Below, piece after piece: positions 26,315 to 32,000 of a stretch of 32,000 nt of DNA; position 1 is the stretch's first letter, and each line of letters begins with the position of its first letter. A model generated the notes under the pieces. It had not been told where the DNA came from, searched no databases, and saw nothing but the letters and a program-made list of their open reading frames with translations. Origin of the DNA: Chlamydiota bacterium (lineage in GTDB: Bacteria; Auribacterota; JACPWU01). The stretch is taken from positions 30,001 through 62,000 of the forward strand of contig JACPWU010000011.1 of NCBI GenBank assembly GCA_016196885.1. Reading direction: 5' to 3'. Made by a program: the position numbers and the translations under genes.

Positions 26315-27658
26315 TTCCCATTTCTCTATTTCTTTTTTGACCAACTTTGGATTTGTGCTCCCCTGAGATACTTTTGAATTTACAGAAGCGTTCCATCCTA
26401 AACAGTTTTTGAAATCACTTTCAAAATATTTTGAAAATTTTTGGACTTCAATTAAAATTAAATCCTTTAAAGTTTTATTTTGATCCAAGCAATAAGAAAC
26501 CGCTTCTCCTACCACTGCATGAGCCTGTCGAAAAGGGACTCCCTTTTTGACCAGGTATTCAGCCATGTCTAGAGCTGAGGAAAAATCTTCTTCCTCTTTT
26601 AAAGCTTCTGGACGAAATTGAATGAGAGGCAAAAGATAGATTAAAATGGAAAGAGAGGCTTTCACGGTATCAATCGAATCAAAAATCGCTTCTTTGTCTT
26701 CCTGTAAATCTCGATTATACGCCAAGGGTAATCCTTTTAACATCACTAGCAGTCGAGAAAGATTTCCAATGAGTCGACCCGATTTGCCGCGAATGAGTTC
26801 AAAAACATCTGGGTTCTTCTTCTGAGGCATGGCGCTCGAACCTGTTGTGAAGGCATCTGGCAATTCAATCCATCCAAAGTCGAAACTGGACCAGAGAATC
26901 ATTTCTTCCGAAAGTCTGGATAAATGAACTCCTAAAATGGCGAGCGCTGAAGCAACTTCAATCACAAAATCTCGATCGCTCACCGCATCCATGCTGTTTT
27001 CCAAAATTCTGGAAAAACCCAATTTTTTAGCCACAAATGAACGATCAATTTTGAATGAAGTCCCCGCCAAAGCACAAGCCCCTAAAGGAAGCGCGTCCAA
27101 ACGACGCAATGCATCCTGCAGTCTTTCCCCGTCTCTTTGAAGCATCTCTACATAAGCCAAGAGATGATGGGCCAAGAGAACCGGCTGGGCTCTTTGAAGA
27201 TGGGTGAAGCCCGGAATAATAAGGTCGTCATTGTTAGAAGCAAGGGTCAAAAAGGCTTTTTGAAATTGCTGAATCAAGGAAACGATTTTAGAAATTTCAT
27301 CTTTGAGATACATTCTCAAATCGAGCACCACTTGATCATTGCGACTTCGAGCAGTATGAAGACGATCCGCAATGTCACCGATTTTTTCCCGCAAAGCAGA
27401 TTCAATGTGGGTGTGAACATCTTCTAACCTTCCACTCCAAACAAACTCTCCTTTTCCAATGGAGGCAAGAATTTCTTTCAAACCCTTCACCATTTTTTCC
27501 GAATCAGATTTGGAAAGAATTCCACAATGCGCGAGCATCTGGGCATGGGCGATAGAGCCCTGAATATCATAAGAGGCCAGTCGCCGATCAAATTGAATCG
27601 AAGCGCCAAAACTTTCCATCAAAGGATGAGCCTTGGTCTTGAATCGGCCACCCCACAT
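26273..27658 (-). CDS. argH: argininosuccinate lyase
   Basis: I chose the start at the ATG at 27658 (MWGGRF, the canonical ArgH N-terminus). The GSSAMPQKKNPD signature is present. The ORF-track start at 27718 adds 20 residues encoded by a tandem repeat. Confidence 0.92.
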   Translation of the reverse strand: MWGGRFKTKAHPLMESFGASIQFDRRLASYDIQGSIAHAQMLAHCGILSKSDSEKMVKGLKEILASIGKGEFVWSGRLEDVHTHIESALREKIGDIADRLHTARSRNDQVVLDLRMYLKDEISKIVSLIQQFQKAFLTLASNNDDLIIPGFTHLQRAQPVLLAHHLLAYVEMLQRDGERLQDALRRLDALPLGACALAGTSFKIDRSFVAKKLGFSRILENSMDAVSDRDFVIEVASALAILGVHLSRLSEEMILWSSFDFGWIELPDAFTTGSSAMPQKKNPDVFELIRGKSGRLIGNLSRLLVMLKGLPLAYNRDLQEDKEAIFDSIDTVKASLSILIYLLPLIQFRPEALKEEEDFSSALDMAEYLVKKGVPFRQAHAVVGEAVSYCLDQNKTLKDLILIEVQKFSKYFESDFKNCLGWNASVNSKVSQGSTNPKLVKKEIEKWERRIQNTEDRRQNK

Positions 27659-27663
27659 TTTTT

Positions 27664-27691
27664 GTCGTGAGTCGTGAGTCGTGAGTCGTGA
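27664..27691. repeat. tandem (GTCGTGA)x4 directly upstream of the argH start
   Basis: Four exact 7-mers occupy 27664-27691 and end 5 nt upstream of the ATG at 27658. I found no inverted partner nearby. Confidence 0.9.
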
Positions 27692-27748
27692 GTTACTGGA
27701 ATTTTTTGAGTTTTTCATAGTTAACGATAAAAAAGTTTACCCATCTCC

Positions 27749-27819
27749 ATAACTCCCCCAACCCCTCTTACCTTAAGAGGGGGGCCCTCCCCTTATTTAA
27801 GGGGAGCTGGAGGGGTTAT
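27749..27819. repeat. TAACTCCCCC-family structured repeat, compact copy (71 bp)
   Basis: The sequence is ataactcccccaacccctcttaccttaagaggggggccctccccttatttaaggggagctggaggggttat. It forms hairpins cccctctta-cct-taagagggg and ctcccctt-attt-aaggggag inside the ataac/gttat termini. Confidence 0.85.
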
Positions 27820-27861
27820 TTTCATCCGCTCAAGTGAATGGAAATTCAATAATGACAAAAA

Positions 27862-29067
27862 CTAGTCTTTAACTTTTTTCCTTAAAGCATCTAACTTTAA
27901 TCTCAACGCATTCAGCCGAATAAAACCGGTTGCATCCTTTTGATCGTAGAGTGAGCCACCCTCGAAGGTTGCGAGGTCCTTCAAATAAAGAGAATTCGGG
28001 GACTTTCGGCCCATCACCCTTGCACTTCCTTTATAGAGCTTTAAGCGAACCACCCCCGTCACATCTTTCTGAGTATCCTCCATCGTTCGATTCAAAAGTC
28101 GCATCTCAGGAGAAAACCAAAATCCATAATACACGAGTTCCGCATAACGTGTGATCAAACTGTCTTTAAAATGCATAACTTCTCGATCGAGCGTCAAACT
28201 TTCCAAAGCCCGATGGGCCATGAGAAGCAACGTGCCACCCGGTGTCTCATAGACTCCGCGAGATTTCATTCCGACAAAGCGATTCTCCACCACGTCCACC
28301 CTGCCCACCCCGTTTCGTCCGGCAAGTTCATTCAAAGTTTTTAAAAGCTCATGAGGTTTCAGAGATTTCCCATTCACTTTAACAGGAGATCCTTGCTTAA
28401 ATTCAATGTCCACCAGCTCTGGTTTATTGGGAGCCTTTTCAGGACTCACCGTCAGTTTAAACATATCTTCCGGCGGACTGGCCCAAGGATCTTCTAAAAT
28501 CCCACCCTCAAAACTGATGTGATACAAATTGCGATCGCTGGAATAGGGCTTCGATTTTGTGACTGGAACCGGGATGCGATGCCTTTGGGCATATTCGATC
28601 AAGTCCGTCCGAGATCTAAAATCCCATTCTCGCCACGGGGCAATGATTTTTAAATTGGGAGAGAGCGCCATGTAAGTGAGTTCAAAGCGCACCTGATCGT
28701 TGCCCTTCCCTGTAGAGCCATGCGCCACATACTGCGCCTTTTCCTTCTTAGCAATTTCGACTTGCTTTTCGGCAATGATCGGTCTTGCAATCGAAGTCCC
28801 CAAAAGATATTGCCCTTCATAAATGGCATTCGCCTTAATCATGGGAAAAATAAATTCTCGAACGAATTCCTCTCTCAGGTCTGAGACAAAAACCTTGCTT
28901 GCCCCTGCCTTAAGCGCCCGCTCTTGGATATTTCCCAATTCATCACCGCCCTGTCCCAGATCGGCAACATAGGCAATGACATTCAGACCTTTTTGATATT
29001 TAAGCCAATGTAGAATAACGGATGTGTCTAAACCTCCAGAATAAGCCAACACTACCTTTTCTGACAT
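27862..29067 (-). CDS. argG: argininosuccinate synthase
   Basis: 401 aa with the AYSGGLDTS motif. It is a full-length type I ArgG. Confidence 0.95.
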   Translation of the reverse strand: MSEKVVLAYSGGLDTSVILHWLKYQKGLNVIAYVADLGQGGDELGNIQERALKAGASKVFVSDLREEFVREFIFPMIKANAIYEGQYLLGTSIARPIIAEKQVEIAKKEKAQYVAHGSTGKGNDQVRFELTYMALSPNLKIIAPWREWDFRSRTDLIEYAQRHRIPVPVTKSKPYSSDRNLYHISFEGGILEDPWASPPEDMFKLTVSPEKAPNKPELVDIEFKQGSPVKVNGKSLKPHELLKTLNELAGRNGVGRVDVVENRFVGMKSRGVYETPGGTLLLMAHRALESLTLDREVMHFKDSLITRYAELVYYGFWFSPEMRLLNRTMEDTQKDVTGVVRLKLYKGSARVMGRKSPNSLYLKDLATFEGGSLYDQKDATGFIRLNALRLKLDALRKKVKD

Positions 29068-29086
29068 ACATGCTCCTCTATTAGTA

Positions 29087-29158
29087 CAGAATCCAGAATT
29101 CAGGAGTCAGAATAAATAAGGAACCTTATTCATTCTGACTCCTGAATTCTGGATTCTG
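29087..29158. repeat. perfect 27-bp inverted repeat (near-perfect 35-bp palindrome) in the argF-argG junction
   Basis: cagaatccagaattcaggagtcagaat (29087-29113) is exactly complementary to 29132-29158. An inner pair aataagg/ccttatt extends the stem. The arms are built from 7-mers cagaatc cagaatt caggagt cagaata. Confidence 0.92.
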
Positions 29159-30095
29159 GATTCTGGCTTCTGTTTTCCATTAATTTCACCATCAATGCCT
29201 TTTGAGTATGCAAACGGTTCTCTGCCTGATCGAAAATAATCGAGTGATCGGCGTCCATCACACCCGCGCTGATTTCTTCGCCGCGATGCGCAGGAAGACA
29301 ATGCATCACCAAAACCTCTCTGGGTGCAGCTTTTACCAATGCCTCATTCACCTGATAGCCCGCCAAATCTTTTAAGCGCTTTTCTTTCTCCTTCTCTTGC
29401 CCCATGCTCACCCACACATCGGTATAAATCACATCTGCATCCCGAACTGCAGAAACGGCGTCTTGGGTCGCCTCAAAAAAGCGAGGACCTTCGCAAGAAA
29501 GCTTAACGGCGCTACGAACAGCCTCAGACTTTGGCCAATAGGCAGGAGGCGCCGCAACACTCAATTTCATCCCCATCAGAGCTGCTCCAAAAAGCCACGT
29601 CTGCGCCACATTGTTTGCTCCGTCCCCCACATAAACAACTTTCAATCCCTTCAACTGCTGACGCCTTTCAAAAATCGTAAAAAGATCGCAAATCATTTGA
29701 CAGGGGTGAGTTTCATCGGTGAGGCCATTGATGACGGGAATGGTCGCATGACGGGCAAACTCCTCGACCTCGCGGTGTTCATACGTGCGAATCACCAGGC
29801 TATCTAAATAACGAGAAAGCACCCTGGCCGTATCCTCAAGGGACTCTCCTCTTCCCAATTGAAGATCATCTTCAGAAAGAAAAATGGAACTTCCCCCCAA
29901 CTGTGAAATCCCAACCTCGAAAGAAACCCGCGTGCGCGTCGAAGATTTCTTAAAAATCATTCCCAGCGTTTTTCCAATTAAGAGAGGCTGAATAGGACGC
30001 GCTTTCAACCTCCCAGATAATTCCAGAAGCTCAAGAATCTCTTTCTCGTTCCAGTCTTGAATATCAATAAAATCTTTTTTAACTTGCATCAACAT
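29130..30095 (-). CDS. argF: ornithine carbamoyltransferase
   Basis: 321 aa containing STRTRVSFE, HPCQ and HCLPAHRGEE. The last ~14 codons are encoded by the palindrome arm. Confidence 0.92.
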   Translation of the reverse strand: MLMQVKKDFIDIQDWNEKEILELLELSGRLKARPIQPLLIGKTLGMIFKKSSTRTRVSFEVGISQLGGSSIFLSEDDLQLGRGESLEDTARVLSRYLDSLVIRTYEHREVEEFARHATIPVINGLTDETHPCQMICDLFTIFERRQQLKGLKVVYVGDGANNVAQTWLFGAALMGMKLSVAAPPAYWPKSEAVRSAVKLSCEGPRFFEATQDAVSAVRDADVIYTDVWVSMGQEKEKEKRLKDLAGYQVNEALVKAAPREVLVMHCLPAHRGEEISAGVMDADHSIIFDQAENRLHTQKALMVKLMENRSQNPESRIQESE

Positions 30096-30111
30096 TTTTC
30101 ACTTTTCATTT

Positions 30112-31308
30112 TTAATTCTTCACTGCTTTTCTAAAAACCTTCCTCAAAATCTCCACCGCCTGATGAAGCTCCTTTTCAGTCACTGTCATTGAGGGCATGA
30201 AGCGGATCACATTGCCTTGCGTACAATTAATCAGAAGCCCCTGGGCTAAACATTGCTTCACAAACTCCACGCCATCTATAGAAAGCTGAAGGGCCATCAT
30301 CAAGCCCATCCCCCGAATTTCTGTCACAAAACTAAATTCTTTTTTAAGCGTCTCCAATTCCTTCCGTAAAAACTTCTCCATCTTTTGAGATCGCCTTGCC
30401 AACCCTTCTTTTCGAATCACATGAAAAGAGGCCAGCGCCGCTCGACAAGCCAAGGGATTTCCGCCAAATGTGGTCGCGTGCGTCGCAGGCTGCAGCACAT
30501 CGCCAAATTTGCGTTGGGCAATCATGGCCCCCACCGCCACCCCCCCTCCTAGAGTCTTGGCCAAAGTCATGATGTCCGGGAGAAGATCATAATGTTGATA
30601 GGCAAAGATTTTTCCGGTACGGCCCATCCCCGTCTGAACCTCATCCAAAATCAAAAGGGCATCCTTCTGTGTGCATAAGTGCCGCGCCTCTTTTAGAAAC
30701 TCGGGAGTCGCCACATGAACGCCTCCCTCTCCTTGTACCACTTCCAAAAGCACCGCACACACTTCACCATCAAAGGCCTTTCGCAAGGCCTCTACATCAT
30801 TGAAGGGAATATGGATAAATCCGGGAACCAAGGGATCGAAGCCCTGCTGATATTTAGGTTGACCCGTCGCCGTAATCATGGCCAGCGTTCGGCCATGGAA
30901 AGAACTCATGGCTGCAATGATTTTAAATTTTCCTTTGTCATGCCCGTATTTGCGAGCAAGTTTAATGGCCCCTTCATTGGCCTCCGCTCCACTGTTCGAG
31001 AAAAAACATTTTCCATCAAAAGAATTTTTAGAAATTTCTTTCGCCAGCTCACCTTGCACCTCGTTGTAATAATTGTTTGAAATGTGCAAGAGTCGGCCGG
31101 CTTGCCCGCGCACGGCCTTCACCACCTCCGGATGACAGTGGCCAAACCCGCTCACCCCCCAGCCCGGAAAACAATCCAGGTATTTTCGCCCCTGGGCATC
31201 CCAAATATATGAACCCTTCGCCCGAACAAACACGACAGGATTCTTTCGATAAGTCGGCATCACATATTGATCATACATTTGTATAATTCTTTTTGTCTTC
31301 TGACTCAT
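30112..31308 (-). CDS. argD: acetylornithine aminotransferase
   Basis: 398 aa, a class-III aminotransferase, with DEVQTGMGRTGK. Confidence 0.9.
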   Translation of the reverse strand: MSQKTKRIIQMYDQYVMPTYRKNPVVFVRAKGSYIWDAQGRKYLDCFPGWGVSGFGHCHPEVVKAVRGQAGRLLHISNNYYNEVQGELAKEISKNSFDGKCFFSNSGAEANEGAIKLARKYGHDKGKFKIIAAMSSFHGRTLAMITATGQPKYQQGFDPLVPGFIHIPFNDVEALRKAFDGEVCAVLLEVVQGEGGVHVATPEFLKEARHLCTQKDALLILDEVQTGMGRTGKIFAYQHYDLLPDIMTLAKTLGGGVAVGAMIAQRKFGDVLQPATHATTFGGNPLACRAALASFHVIRKEGLARRSQKMEKFLRKELETLKKEFSFVTEIRGMGLMMALQLSIDGVEFVKQCLAQGLLINCTQGNVIRFMPSMTVTEKELHQAVEILRKVFRKAVKN

Positions 31309-31417
31309 TTTTGAATTTTCTCTCCATGAATGATAAAATCAAAATGCAAAATGACAGATCAAAATTTAAAATGTATCTATGTCTAGTCTTGTGAAAAATT
31401 TTGATATTTAATTTAAC

Positions 31418-32000
31418 TTACAAGTTCTTCGAGAAAGGAAGCACCTGGGCCTCCGCTGAGCCTTCTCTAAAAATTTCTGTCCCAATTCCTTTGTCCGTAA
31501 AAATTTCCAACAAAAGAGAATGCAGGACGCGGCCGTCAATGATGTGTGTTTTCTGGACCCCTGCCTCGACGGCCCGAATACAAGATTTCACCTTGGGAAG
31601 CATTCCACCTGTTATCACACCCGTCTCAATCAAATGTTTTAATTCATGAACACCAAGGGTCGAAAATAAACTGTTGGGATCTTTGGGATCGCTCATCACA
31701 CCATTCACATCCGAAAGATAGACCAGCTTTTCTGCCTTGAGGGCCCCCGAAAGCTGGCTCGCCACATGATCGCCATTAATGTTATAAGCATTCCCCTCTA
31801 AATCAACACCGATGGGAGTCACGACGGCCACCGATTGTTTTTGAATCGCCTTACGAATCGGTTCCGCATTAACCAGTTTCACCTCCCCCACAAAACCAAT
31901 GTCCACCGCCTCGACCGTTCCATCCGCTCGCCGCGTCTCAACGAGAGGATGCTGGGTCACCAAAATCATATTCTCTGTTCGGCCTGAAATCCCCTTGGCC
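31418..32000 (-). CDS. argB: acetylglutamate kinase, C-terminal ~194 aa (5' end beyond window)
   Basis: The frame stays open upstream of the ORF-track Met to the window end (..AKGISGRTEN-MILV..). It contains AYNINGDHVA and ITGGMLPKV. Confidence 0.88.
   Translation of the reverse strand, partial: AKGISGRTENMILVTQHPLVETRRADGTVEAVDIGFVGEVKLVNAEPIRKAIQKQSVAVVTPIGVDLEGNAYNINGDHVASQLSGALKAEKLVYLSDVNGVMSDPKDPNSLFSTLGVHELKHLIETGVITGGMLPKVKSCIRAVEAGVQKTHIIDGRVLHSLLLEIFTDKGIGTEIFREGSAEAQVLPFSKNL

Noticed and set aside
27659-27718. 20-residue N-terminal extension of ArgH (MKNSKNSSNSRLTTHDSRQK)
   Set aside because: It is encoded by the (GTCGTGA)x4 repeat and an A-rich run. The conserved ArgH N-terminus MWGGRF begins at the internal ATG at 27658.

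Overview
This 32-kb window is a bacterial chromosomal segment. It may come from an uncultivated PVC/Omnitrophota-like lineage, but that is a low-confidence guess based on the abundance of GspG-like pseudopilins. Every protein gene I accept is on the minus strand.

Gene order, left to right:
- purA (partial), serA, a class-V aminotransferase, clpX, clpP and tig.
- A 620-bp repeat-filled spacer.
- tRNA-Gly(GCC), tRNA-Lys(CUU) and tRNA-Leu(UAG, plus strand).
- A TumE/TumA-like toxin-antitoxin pair.
- An ~8-kb block of eight unannotatable genes, at least seven encoding exported proteins: two orphan pseudopilins, a beta-barrel outer membrane protein, a Ser/Gly-tailed protein, and a ~1,080-aa protein that appears split by a 1-nt frame change.
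- nadX-panD-panC-panB-folK, then dapL-dapB-dapA, a second small TA pair, lysA, and argH-argG-argF-argD-argB (partial).

The 8-kb exported-protein block is my best candidate for an undescribed system. Two of its upstream spacers carry the same palindromic operator-like site.

The non-coding DNA is equally unusual:
- Almost every intergenic spacer holds a long palindrome built from tandem 7-nt words.
- Two dispersed repeat families fold into Y-shaped structures, one starting GTAGTCGCC and one starting TAACTCCCCC.
- A 35-bp stretch covering the tRNA-Gly 3' end is duplicated.
- Several ORFs end inside repeat arms.

All calls come from reading the sequence and from motif memory. No database search was run.
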